From Psammoneis japonica (taxonomy: Eukaryota): 64,000 nt of DNA. Made by a program: the position numbers and the translations under genes. This document shows, one piece after another, positions 11,848 to 24,048 of this stretch (position 1 is the stretch's first letter; each line of letters opens with the position of its first letter). The notes under the pieces were generated by a model. The model had not been told where the DNA came from and did no database searches. It worked only from the letters and a program-made list of their open reading frames with translations. The DNA lies in contig QPGO01000092.1 in the NCBI GenBank assembly GCA_008632985.1, positions 124,001 through 188,000 of the forward strand, read 5' to 3'.

Positions 11848-12587
11848 GCGCCAAGAGCCATCTTGGCTGACCCACAGACTTTATCTAAGTTGGAAAAAAG
11901 AGACATTCCACGTGAGATGGCACAACACAGACTTGGCAGGAGCACTTTTACATTTCAGTGCAGTGATGCAAACAAGGCAGTTTCCTTCCTTTGGCCAGGG
12001 AAGCAAAAACATTGTCAGGTTCACCCTGTCTTGTTGAAATTTGCAGGGAAAAAACGGAGGGACCATGTTGGCAACACAGAGACTTTCTCCAACACACTTC
12101 TGTGCAAAACTGAGTGTTGCAACAAAAACGGAGTTGACACTTGCAGAGCATGTCCTGACTGCAACAGCAAAGGCCGATGCGCGACTGGGCAAATGTCAAC
12201 TTCGGGACTCACCACGGCAATTTGTTCTTCTCATTGTGGCTGCATTGTTTTTTTTTAAAACAAAAGTGATGGTGAGTTGTTTGCAATTGTCCACCCTTGC
12301 ATGCACCAGATGGACAAGCGTTTGATTGTGGAACACATGCAACACACCAACCTTCTTGTCAGTTGGTGGCAACTGGACCAAGTGAAAAACCATGATTTGT
12401 CCACGGGGCTGAGAAAGCCATGTGCTCTCCCAAAATGTTCTTGGTGCCCATCAACACCATTGGAGACAAGCTGCTGGCATGTGAAGAGCAGCTGGGAATT
12501 GTGGAGTCACACAAAGAAATGAAGCATGTGTGGGCAGTTCAAGACCAGAGAAAGACATGGGCAGACAAGTTTCACAACAGCGCATGA
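11848..12587 (+). pseudogene. Outer Plavaka-type transposase, C-terminal part
   Basis: HRLGRSTFTF, KHCQVHPVL, CKTECCN, DTCRACPD and VWAVQDQRKTWADKF match HTLGGSTFTL, AHCQVRPVL, CKTEFCN, DTCRAHPD and VWAAQDRRKCWSDLF of the inner copy. Confidence 0.85.
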
Positions 12588-13916
12588 ATGGAAATTTTGT
12601 TCATCTGTGATTGGAAACTGGAATGGCACTCAAAATGTCAGCGAAGGGGAAAGCAAGGCTGTTGCATTGAGACATGCTTCAGATTGTGTCACTCACCTGG
12701 TTTGATGAGTGGGATCTGCACACTGTGTTGACACTGTCTGCTGTTTCATCAAAAAATGGGACAGCTGTTTGCACACCTCCCAACCTGGTGTTCTTCTCTC
12801 AAAGGACAAGAATTTCATTGGCTTTGTTGGATCAATCAGTGGCAACTCCTTGACAAAAGTCAGGACTGCACTCCTGTCTGTCTTGGGACAAAATTCCCAG
12901 ATTTCTTGTTCTGTCACTCTCAAGCAATGCTCTTCCTGATTGGATGGTTTTCCAAGCCATTCTCCCCTCACCTGCTCTCCGATTTCATGGGAGGCCTGGC
13001 AAATTGCAGCTTCTGCAGTCGCCATTGCCTTGTTCACACCCAGGCAGGGCATGGGCAAAACTTTTGATGCAATCCAAGTTTTGGACCACTTGTGTCAGGG
13101 ACCACAGGTTGCAGGGGACAATGATGCAGCATCTCTGAAACTGTCGATGCAGCAGAGAAAACATCATCCCTTGCAGATTCTCATGGAAAAAGCATTCACC
13201 AAACATTGCACATTGCCACTCCCCTTTCTGCACCCAGCAATGATCCATGCCAATTTGAGTGAAGCCACTCAACACATTTTGTGAAATCCTTTGCAGAGAC
13301 GCTGCAATTCAAGTGGCGTGTTTTGCTGCCATCCGGCAAAGAAACTGCCCATGCCCCCCAACCAATGCACTGGAGAAGAGGTCCTTCACCACTGTGCTCC
13401 TGGCCTCATCTCTTTGCTGCTGAATGGAAACCACTGACTTGACACCACAGTCCAAACAAAGCTTGTCCAAAGAAAGCTCTCCTGCATTGAAAGGTCTTGT
13501 CATGCCAAGCCAAAGTGCATTCACACCACCATCCTCACCAGGGAAATTACAGCACGGGGGAGAAAACTCTGTGATCAGACAGCTCCATTTGTGCAATGTG
13601 AGCCTCATTTGAAATTTGAAGTGAGCAACCAAAACTTGCAAGAAAGTTGCACCCACAAAGTTGTAGTGTCAAAGTCATCCAGGCTTGAAAGAACTGGTGG
13701 CTCAACAACACTGTCAAGAGACGCGTTCCCCTCTTCATCATCAACAATTGACGATGCTTCAGACGGATCTAATTCTGACCTGATTTGGCTGTGACTGTGG
13801 CTTTGCCCTTGTCTGCTTTCTCCATGTTGACTGTCTCTTGCTCTTCATTTTCTACCATCAAGGGACAGTGGGCAGAGAAGTCAGAGGCAGAACATGCCAA
13901 CTTGGACACAGTGCTG

Positions 13917-14128
13917 TCTTCATCACTGGCAGACTCCTCCAACAATGAGTGCAATTTGTTGCCAGCTTCAAATCTGGCGGGAACGGAGGCAGATGTGTCA
14001 AAGGTGAAACACTGCTCTTTCTCAACCAACTCTGAAATGCACTCATCTTCATCACTGGCAGATTCCTCCAACAATGAGTGCAATTCGTTGTCAGCTGCAA
14101 GTCCGGCAGGAATGGAGGCAGACATGTC
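13917..14128. repeat. 83-bp direct repeat, two copies 129 bp apart
   Basis: TCTTCATCACTGGCAGA(C/T)TCCTCCAACAATGAGTGCAATT... at 13917-13999 and 14046-14128. Encodes N(E/K)LHSLLEESASDED twice on the minus strand. Confidence 0.9.
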
Positions 14129-15160
14129 CGAGTTGTGACCTTGCCCTTTCTCTGTGGCATCTGCAGTTGTGCACTCCTTGTGCAGGGTGAGATCAGAGTC
14201 AACACACTCCAACATTTGATGCTCATTGGTGCCATGGCCCTTGCAAAGATGCAACCAGACAGAGAGAAAGTGAAAAGGTCTTGACCAGAAAATGGACCGT
14301 GGAACATGTGATTGAACATGCCAGTGCAACGATTGCACTCAGATTCACACAGCTGGCGCTCCATTCCATTGCCACCAAGATCTCCAGTCCTGGTCTCTGA
14401 TGTCATGCAATCATGCATGAGAGGCCATTCTTCCAGCTTTGCATGCTTCAGTTGTTGCTCAGCTCTGGAATTGAAAACTGGACACACCATGTTGTTGAGA
14501 CAAGGATGGTCCTTCACTGCAATGCCAGCAAGTGCCAGACATTGCAACACTGACATGAGACAAATTTCATTAAAATCAGCACCCCGTTTGGCCCAAACAT
14601 GGCAAGCATCCTTGCACCATTGCTCCACAAGATTTGCACAGAACTCATCTTTGTCCACATTGTTGTTCATCCAAAGCAGCATTGCATGAATTTTGTCCAC
14701 CACATTGCATCTGCCAGGTCATTGGCTTTTTTGATGCAGTTGGGGTCCATGAAGACCTCAGAGAACTTGCTGTGCATCAAGTTGGCAGGGCTGATCTGCC
14801 CAACCTGTGGGTTGCCAAACAACACACCAAACTCATCCATCATGAATTGATGGAAGAGAACAAATGGATCTTTGCCTGCACAGCAAAGGTTGGGCAAGTG
14901 CTTGTCCCCGACATGGCAGAATTGGTGGCAGCAAGTGGGACAACCCACCAGAGTTGCAAGACAAATGACCCATTTTGGGTCAGGCCCAGATCTGCAAATG
15001 ACATTCTTGAACTGGCAAAGCATGGTGGCTGGAGCTGACAAGTGAAAGTCTCCAAGAGGGAAGGAAGGGAATTTCAAATGGTCCATGTGCACGTTGGGAA
15101 GTCCAGTGTCACCACCTCCGCCTGTCACAACATCATCCCACAGCCTGCTGTCATCATCCA

Positions 15161-15180
15161 GAGAGAGAGAGAGAGAGAGA
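15161..15180. repeat. (GA)10 microsatellite
   Basis: Directly visible in the sequence. Confidence 0.95.
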
Positions 15181-18100
15181 TGCTTGAACATCTTTGCAGA
15201 CAGTGCAAAGTCAGGATGGGAGTGATCATCATGCTGCAGGTCAAAGTCTTGAAGTGGCTGGGAAGTCTGGCACAGCTCAATTGCGGTGCATCTGAGTCAG
15301 CATTGGCTTCATGCTGCACTTGTCATCACAGCAGTGACCAATGGCAGTTCTGCTGTTGCTGACTGCCTTGAATGACCAAATGTCACTGAGTGCATCCATG
15401 ATGAAGAAACAACTGGCAGCAGTCTTCCTGTGGCTGTTGACACCAGGTGCAGCTGTTGCTGTCATGATGTCCCTCACAAAATTGACCGGGAGAGATGCAC
15501 AGTCCCTGCATTGTGACATCCTTGCATTGGAAGCAGAGGCAACCAACTCTTCACCCAAGACTTTCAAACACTCCTTGTGCTGAAGGGACCAGTTGGAGGG
15601 TGGGGGGACTCAGTTTTCTGAGCTCCACCTCATTTTTGCAAAGCTGAATTGAGTTGAGAACATCCGCAACCCCATGGCCTTCATCTTGGCAGAAACATGT
15701 TTGTTGAAGTTGTCATTGGGCTCAAATGCATCAAGACTGTGTGTGGCAATGGGCTCAGCTGACTTGACAGATCCAGGCTCCCTCAGATGACACTTCCGTC
15801 CAGCACAGCCAAACTTGATCCTTCTTCAGTGTCCAGCAAACTCAACAGCAACAGATCCATCATGCTTGAGATTGGACTTGCCCTTCAACAAAATGAAAAG
15901 CAAAAGGGTGGGGATGCAGACACAAAGACCACCAAAGTGAGCTTGGTGCAATGCACTGGCTTGTCTGGCAACCAACACTTCCTCAGAGCAGCAACCCAGC
16001 TGAGGTGGGCAATCAACGCAGACCCTGGAGCCTGCGGTGGGATTGCTCAAGGAGCTTTTGTTGGAAAACTTGTGCCAGTTTTGTCTGAAGTTGTCTGTGA
16101 GGTAAAAGTCAGTGGCGGAGTGGTGCAGCACACACTCAATGTTGGTTGCATTGTCAATGATGTGCAGGTGTGAGACATGGGCAAACACTTCCTCTGTGGC
16201 AACAGCACGACACTTGGACGGGTCAAAGCATTGATGCATTGTTGACTTGTCCAGCCATGACATGTCATCGAGGTCTGTTGGAGGAGAGGCAAGATCAAGC
16301 CATTTGCAGAAACATCAGCATGGGTCATGCATCCTTTTGAGGGAGACCCTGGGGAGGGAGAAGAGGGTTTGGCCAGAGCCGTGGTTTCCAACAAGGTGGG
16401 GATGTTGGCGGCAAGGGTGCGGTGCACCCCCCTGGATGACGACACATTCCCGGATGCCAAAGGAGCTGCTGGGTGGGAGCAAGAAACAGTCGTGACCTTC
16501 TTTCGACGGACAGTCAAAGAAGGCTCTTGTGGAGAAAATAAAGTCAACAAGGAAAAAGACACATGAGACAACGATGACACATGACAGCAGTGCAGGTGCA
16601 GGGATGTGCTCACTGGCATCATGCAAGCAGGTCCCATCTTTGCGTGTCCTTCTTCTAATTTTACGTCCAGTTTTAGATTTGTTTTCTTGCTTGTGATCAT
16701 CTTCCAAGCAGCTGGCCCTCTGACCACGCATTCTGCAACAAAGCATTGTGAGCTGCTTGGAGCACCAGGGTCATGTGCTGGGTTGCTCTTCAGGACAGTG
16801 CTTCCTGAATTCACATTGCAACATGGCATCAATTTTGGCTTTGCAAGCCCATTGATGGGCAGCAGCATCACCTTCCACAATTGCCAAGTCCTCAATGTCA
16901 CAAAGATTGTTTCCAAGAAACCCCTTGACTTTGTCCTCCTCAGAACCTGCTGCACTCGACTTGCATGTGACAAGAAATCTGTTGGCAAATGTGCGCCACT
17001 CTTTTTGAGTGTTGACCTGACAAAAGATCTGCATGAACCAACAGCTGGTGTCCTTGGGCTTGTGCTGGACACAGTGCATGACCATTTTGGTGACAAAGCA
17101 TGCACCATGAAGGTCATGTGCTTGGTCATCAATCAATTCTTGGAGACTTTTGCACTTAAAAAAAATGGAAACAAGGCTCGCCAGTGACAGGATCATTGAG
17201 GTCATCGCTGGCAATGACATGGTGCACAAACTTGACCATTGCCTTTGTGTTGTGGCAAAGGTCACAATGTTGCTCCTCTTCTTTTTTGTCTCTCCAGGCA
17301 ATGTGGAGAAAAAGAGAGCATCCTCCAAATTTTGATGTCAAAGAATGCAGCTGCCTTTTTTCTTTCGGGGGATTTCTTTGTCAACCAACCACGAGTCATG
17401 ACATGGGACCAGATGCCAGGATGTCTGAGAGATTGCCTCACAATGTTGTTGGCGCAGATGAAATGATCTGTGTCATCAAAATCAACATCATCAGGAAATT
17501 GGAATGAGGGATTGGGGTTGACCTTGTCTGCGGATGGGGCAAAGTCATTGGAACGGCACACGCACAGGTCAATTTGATTTCGAGGAGAGGGTGTGCTGTT
17601 GTGAAATGTGCAGAAAATTGCGCATGTGGAAAAAATGCTAAAAACACAGCAGGCAACCATGCACAGAAATTCTGAAAGAGGTCAGAAAAAATGGGGGAAG
17701 TGCGTGATGACTTGGGCATGGATGACATGCCAGCAAGTGCAGTGATGCACACAGTGGGTGGAGAAAATAAAAACCACGTTCAAATGCAAAGCATGAAAAG
17801 AAAAGAGATTTCATTGTCACAAGTCATGGGGAACTTTGCAAAGGCAATTGATTGAGTGTCAAACTCATTTGATGAAAACAACGTCAATTGAATTCTCTGA
17901 CAATGCTCCTCACGAAACTTGCACTTCAAATGCGCTGTGAAAAATTCTTTCACATGTGATGTTTGAGTTGAAAAGAACAACAAAAATGCTGTTCAATGTC
18001 ACAAATGTTGACAATGAAAGCAAAAACTGCAATGTTGCAGCCTCTGATGTGGCTTGCAGGGAGATCCATGTTGCGTTTGTTGACCCAGCAGGTTGTGGCC

Positions 18101-21100
18101 TTGTGCTGCACTGCATTTTTCTGTGTTGTGAGCCCATTTTGACTTGCCTGGCTTTTGTGATCTGACAGAGCCTGTGCCAAGTTTCCACTCCTGCAAGGAT
18201 CATTTTCACAAAACCATGACATTTTTTGGCTGCAGGACATTGCTGGCAGCCTTCCTTGAGCTGTGGGAACAACTTTCTGGGCACCTTCACAGTGGTGACT
18301 TGCAAGGGAGGAAAGAGTGCCATTGGTGCAATCATCAAGATCCAAGCTGTGCTTTTCAGGCACACCCTCATCTGCCAGCAGAGAGGCCACAAAGTGTGCC
18401 TGAGCGGCATTTGCAGCACCTCAACTTCTCTTGTCTGGACCCATCTTTTGACAATGAATCAGCCCAAGGATTGTGCTCCTGAGCTGTCATTGCAGAGGTG
18501 CTGTGTTCTCCAAAACCTCCCCTTCTCACCAGAAATGAGAGACCCACAATGTCCCATCTGTTTTGTGTCACTTTACAAAAAGTTCCCAACTCCAAGGGTG
18601 GAGCAACAACTCTGCTTCTTGTCTGCCATGACAGCCAGATGCTCTGAGCCACAAGGATCAACTTGCTCCCAAGGCTTCTTGTCAGCAAGAAACAACCACT
18701 GTGCTGTTTGATGCAGTGTGCAGCATGTGCTTCAACCACCCTCTTGGCATGCAACACAGCTGTGCAGATCCACTTTTCTGTCAAAGCACACATCTCCTCA
18801 CCTCCAGCAGCTCTGCCTGCCATTGTGGCTTGGCTGGCTGTTGTCACAAATCTTGTTGATGCCCTGAAACACAACTCTGCAGCATCGAAGTTGCCCCCAA
18901 CACCTCTGTGACTCTTCAACCACTGAGACACCATCAGCATCCCCAACATCCAAGAAGTGTCTGCTCAACCCACATGCACTGCTCTCCATCCACAAATGTT
19001 TTGATCACAAGGTTGTGGGCAAAGCAACAATTTTTCTGAGTTTGTCTGCTCTGTTTGATGCCAGCAACATCATTGCTTGGATGGGACAGTTCACACCACA
19101 TGCTCAACTTGCCAGTGGATCTCTTTTTGCAACAAATCCAGCCCCAACACACTGGACCACCCCATCTGCAAAATGCACACTGTGCTCCTTCTGCTCCTCT
19201 GTTCTTGTGGTCTCTTTGATGCCTCATTTGCTGTCCCTCATGCTTCTGCCCAGGCTCTTTAACTGCTTGCTTGGTTTGAAAGCTTTGTGCTCCACAAACC
19301 AAGCTCATGTCATCATTGTTCACCACGCGGCACTTGCCAGTTGTTAGCCTCAACTTCCAGCAGCATGCCATGGTGGCAGATGGGATTTGCTGTTGGCGGC
19401 AACAACCCTTGAGATGATCTGGCAGCTTGCAGCAATTTGGGCAAAATTGAGCAAAAATTCAAAAATGATGTTTGTCAAAATGTCAATTCACCTGCACAAA
19501 TGTCAACTGGATGTCTGCAGAGAGACACCACAGTTTGCGTTTGTTGGCACACAGCCTCTGATGACAACAGCAATGGAGATGTGCTTTTGTCCCAGGTGAG
19601 AAATGCACGCATGGAGAGGCCGGGCATTGTGCCCACTTTTCTTTTCTTTCATCATTGTGCATTTTGTGTGAACAAATCTGATGGATTTCCTCCAATTTTC
19701 TTGTGTGGCTGCTTTCTCCAGATCTGGCTGCTTTGAAGTATCAGCCATTGCTCTCTTTGCCTGGAGGGCATGGACAACAAACGGAAAGTTTTCATTTGGG
19801 GGCAACCGCCCCATTTTGGCTGGCACAAGAAAATGGCGGGAAGAAGCTGCACACAATGGCTGCTTTTGCTGCAGCTTTGAGCCTGTTTTTCTCTTTCTTC
19901 CATTGCGCACCTGAAAGTTTTCACAACCAATGCCCACCATGCCAAAAAAAGCAGTGCTCTGGCCAGCTCCATTGTTTTCATGAGAGAAAAGCTGGGGGGT
20001 CTGACTTTGCATGTGTGCTTTTTTGCAAAGTCTTGGCCATCTCAAAGACCAAAGATCAGCAAATTTGCAAACCTGTGTGGGAGCCTCTGCTGAAGCCACA
20101 ACATCAACAAAGTTTGGCAGCTGTGGAGCAATCAAGTGATTTGAAAGGCAGGGGCAGAGGCAACAGCAAAACAAACTGTTGACAAAATTTTGGCTCTGGA
20201 GTGACAACAAGTTGTGACTTGGAACAAAAGAGGCAGAACAAAGCATCTCTGTGTGGCACTTGGATGTTGCTGTCATCATCACCCTGCTTTGTTGTGGTGT
20301 TGAGCACACTGTTGTTTTTGCACCCAGGCTTCTCTCAGCTGCCATTGTGTGCCCTCAAATCTGGGCAGCACCGCTCTTTTGTCCGTGCCAAAATCTCCAG
20401 TGTGTGTGTGTGCTTGTGAGACCTGCCATCAAATCAAAGGTGCTGTCCACAGCAACTTAAGGTGCAGACATGACAGAGTGCAAAGAACATGCCAGTGTGT
20501 CCAAAAACACATGTTGTCATTTCCATCTTGCAAAACAAGAGTTGACTGTCATGCAGCTGGAGAAACAGAAACAGCAGCAGCGCAGCACCATTTTTTCCAT
20601 GTGCACAGCTTGTGGCTCAAGAGAAACCTTGCAACTTGTCCAAAAGGGGTGAAAGCACATCTTCTGGAGACAGCAAGGAGCCCCCTCAGCTCAAAAAGTT
20701 TTGCACAAAAACCACATGGCTTGGCAGCCATGGAAAGTCTGGAGAGAGCAGCTGCCACTTTTGAAGATGGCACACTCTGCCATGTCACAACCCTGGATGT
20801 CATGGCAAAAGAATGGCAAAGCCAGAGAGGTCACCAAAATGACAGAAATGACAAAAAAGCTGGCATGTGTTGCTTCGAGCTGTGCTTTGTTGCTGGGCAC
20901 AAGCAAGCACACCTCATTTTGATATGAAAAAGTTTCTCTCAGAGCAGCATCGTCAAATGGGCCATGTCGCTGGATTGTTCTTCTCACATTGTGCCACAGT
21001 GAGTTGCTGTGAAATTGCTCTCCAAATGCACCTCCACAAACCTCTGACAAATGGCCGTCTGCACTTGCTTTGCAAGGCTGAAGTTGAGCCCTTCGATCCA

Positions 21101-21798
21101 GCCGCGCTGTCGGCTCTGCCTGTGTGTTTTGTCATCAACAGCATGCCAAGAAGATGAGCCTGTTCTTGTCAACATGTGCAGCCTTTGAACACAACACCAG
21201 ATCCAGTCAGGAGCAAATGTGGCTTTCCCTCATGCTTTCAATGTGGGCTCAATTTTGTGACACGAATGCAACCCAGCCCTCACTGGCACGTGCGTGCGCG
21301 GCATTGGTGTGGTGGCTTTTCGAAATTTCATCATCTGCAGCTGGCGGATTTCTCCTGTGTCCGTTGGATCGTCGACAGGTAGGCGGCGCGGGTGAAGCTG
21401 ACGCACTCTCACATTATTGGTTTCCCTAAGTAATTTCATGTGTTTGATGTCCAACAGCTGGCAGTTTGTTATCCTCAGTATTCGTTACTGTTTGTTGTCA
21501 TGAAACCAATGTTTAGAATTCCCAAAACGGGGTGTGAATTCTCAACGGCAGATGGACAACGCAAAAATTCTGCGATTGGCGAATTCGGAGTATGCTGATC
21601 AAAATCGTGTAGAATTGTACGCAGTTATCATACGGAGGTTTCGTGTGTCATCAGATTGACTCACCGAACAAATCCACTTCTGGAAGTATTTTTTCGATGA
21701 TCCAATCTGCATTCATTCATTCATCGCGTTGTTGTGCGACCAACATTAGTTGGCCATTCTTCGTTGAAAGTGATATATGAAGGAAGAAGCATAAGGCC

Positions 21799-22547
21799 AT
21801 GTGCTCACCTTCGACTGTACCAAGAAAGCAAAACAGGTCAAAAATATCGGAACAAAACTGTTGTGCTCGGAAGAGCATGTCAGGACCTCAGGAAAGAACA
21901 AATACAAATTCGAATGACAAGATCTGCAGCGGTTCTGTGCGTAACCCACCGCAGCCAGTCTCATCTAAAAATCGGGCAAGAATTCATGCTCGTGTGAGAT
22001 CCAGGGCTGATGACGCTTCTCAAATTCGTCGTCGATATTTGCACTGCCTCGGCATTCATCAAGATCCGACCACAAAAGCGGGATCGAAAAGGCCCATATC
22101 ATCGGCTCGATCTAGCCCAGTCGCTGTGAAGGAGCCCCTCAAGGTTTACAAACAGAACGGCTCGAAGGCTGATGAAGAAACAGTTTCCACATCAACTTCC
22201 TGCGATTCTTTCGCTTCTTCGCTTCATCGTCTTCCGAATCCAGAGCTCGACGTGTTTCCTTTGACGAGACGGTACAAGTTCGTTCGATTCCCTTAATGAG
22301 CGAATGCTCCGAACGAATGAGAAAGCAGCTTTGGGTGGATCGCGTAGAAGCTGAACTCATTGCTCACCGTAACGCAATGGAATTTGCCGCCGAGGGATGG
22401 GATTGGAGAAATGCGACTGAAGAAGAGAGCATGTACTGGATTCAGGGGAATCTCGTTCATCCCATTCACTTCAATCAGCGGTGCAATTTACAACGACAGT
22501 TTTTCCTTGTCATGTCGGCACAGGCACAGGCACAGTCTACTCTTTAA
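21799..22547 (+). CDS. Hypothetical protein with one frameshift near 22220
   Basis: The first frame reads ...STSTSCDSFASS; the second continues SSESRARRVSFDETVQVRSIP...RNAMEFAAEGWDWRNATEE...HPIH. Normal TA/CG content. Confidence 0.65.
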
Positions 22548-22984
22548 AGAAGCCGCATGAACAAAGTCCTACTCACAATAAGCAATTTTGAAATACCGGT
22601 TGAGACAATGCATGTCTCGTTGTACAAAATTTTATTTTTAGACTTCTTATATGCATATTATTTACTCGTCTTGTCATGATTTACCACTACTTTGACTTGC
22701 GACTAACGAATACGCCTTCTCGGCGGTAGGACCTTGGGAGGGATTATTCAAGGTTGCTTGGGCTGTCCTACATGAATTTGATCTCCGGACTCAGGATAAC
22801 GGAGGAATGAAATCTAATTAGCAACCATTCTAAATGTTTGTAGCGGATACCAAGAGATGACATGTTTATGGTGACGAATGAGTTACCAAAGTCCACTTTA
22901 GCTCTGGGTAACTTAAAAAAGGCACGCCTCAGAATTTAGAAGGACAGGATAGAGAAGAACATAAAGAACCCACCCCAACCACAA

Positions 22985-23266
22985 CTATATTGTGCTAGTC
23001 TGAACAATATGAATATGCTGGTCATCACGTGCCACAACATATCGAAAGGAGGAAAAGGCCACAGTCATTCGTTGAAATCCCTTTTCTTTCAGCGTTCCAA
23101 CTTCCACCAGCATCTTGAACAGAGTCGATGCATTTTCTGGAGAAATCTGCTCACCACCTTGAACTATTTGACCTTTCAGATCCAACACGACCGAGCCAAT
23201 TTGTCCAGGAACAGGCGAGGCTTCGAGATCGACCTTGGGAAGCGGCGGCTCAGGAGCGCCGTCCAT
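22985..23266 (-). CDS. LAMTOR4: Ragulator subunit LAMTOR4-like protein
   Basis: 93 aa. VPGQIGSVVL...FQRMTVAF...YVV...IHIV resembles the LAMTOR4 roadblock pattern. Confidence 0.7.
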   Translation of the reverse strand: MDGAPEPPLPKVDLEASPVPGQIGSVVLDLKGQIVQGGEQISPENASTLFKMLVEVGTLKEKGFQRMTVAFSSFRYVVARDDQHIHIVQTSTI

Positions 23267-23503
23267 GATGATAGGTAGCTGTGTGTTTTGCCGTTGTTAA
23301 ATCAAGAGACCTCGGATGATTTAAGGACGAAGCACTTGTGTCTTACTTGAGTACAATTCGCACTTGTATAAGCGTACTACGCGTATTCTCCTCTTTCTCT
23401 TTGTGCTTATGGATGTCACTGTGCTCCCTCAAGCCACGCAACTACCTAAACGCAGAACTGAGGGCGAACAGTACAGCCAACACAGATAGAGACGGACAGC
23501 AAC

Positions 23504-24048
23504 NNNNNNNNNNNNNNNNNNNNNNNNNNNNNNNNNNNNNNNNNNNNNNNNNNNNNNNNNNNNNNNNNNNNNNNNNNNNNNNNNNNNNNNNNNNNNNNNN
23601 NNNNNNNNNNNNNNNNNNNNNNNNNNNNNNNNNNNNNNNNNNNNNNNNNNNNNNNNNNNNNNNNNNNNNNNNNNNNNNNNNNNNNNNNNNNNNNNNNNNN
23701 NNNNNNNNNNNNNNNNNNNNNNNNNNNNNNNNNNNNNNNNNNNNNNNNNNNNNNNNNNNNNNNNNNNNNNNNNNNNNNNNNNNNNNNNNNNNNNNNNNNN
23801 NNNNNNNNNNNNNNNNNNNNNNNNNNNNNNNNNNNNNNNNNNNNNNNNNNNNNNNNNNNNNNNNNNNNNNNNNNNNNNNNNNNNNNNNNNNNNNNNNNNN
23901 NNNNNNNNNNNNNNNNNNNNNNNNNNNNNNNNNNNNNNNNNNNNNNNNNNNNNNNNNNNNNNNNNNNNNNNNNNNNNNNNNNNNNNNNNNNNNNNNNNNN
24001 NNNNNNNNNNNNNNNNNNNNNNNNNNNNNNNNNNNNNNNNNNNNNNNN
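23504..24048. other. Assembly gap (545 N)
   Basis: Run of N. Confidence 1.

Larger units (their letters stand above)
12693..17550 (-). pseudogene. Large decayed gene or genes, probably transposon cargo, unknown function
   Basis: Chain of protein-like minus-strand segments switching frame, with one intron-like stretch near 16535-16613 (GTGAGC...pyrimidine tract...AAG). Converges on the outer transposase. TA and CG are both depleted. Confidence 0.45.
1..21410. other. TpA-depleted, transposon-derived block 1
   Basis: About 12 TA dinucleotides seen by eye in the first 4.4 kb, with TG/CA very abundant. TA returns abruptly at about 21413 (cattattggtttccctaagtaattt). Contains decayed transposon ORFs. 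Confidence 0.9.

Noticed and set aside
17950..19400. piggyBac-like transposase remnant on the minus strand
   Set aside because: Only a vague GGEE segment and a Cys-rich tail; too decayed to support a call.
1..21400. Most of the short ORFs listed in the TA-depleted blocks as genes
   Set aside because: They overlap in all frames, have no recognisable motifs, and are expected once TAA/TAG are removed.
1..21410. Classical RIP or CpG deamination as the sole explanation
   Set aside because: RIP increases TpA. CpG decay cannot remove Tyr codons or turn an AG acceptor into GG, and the inner element keeps CG while lacking TA.
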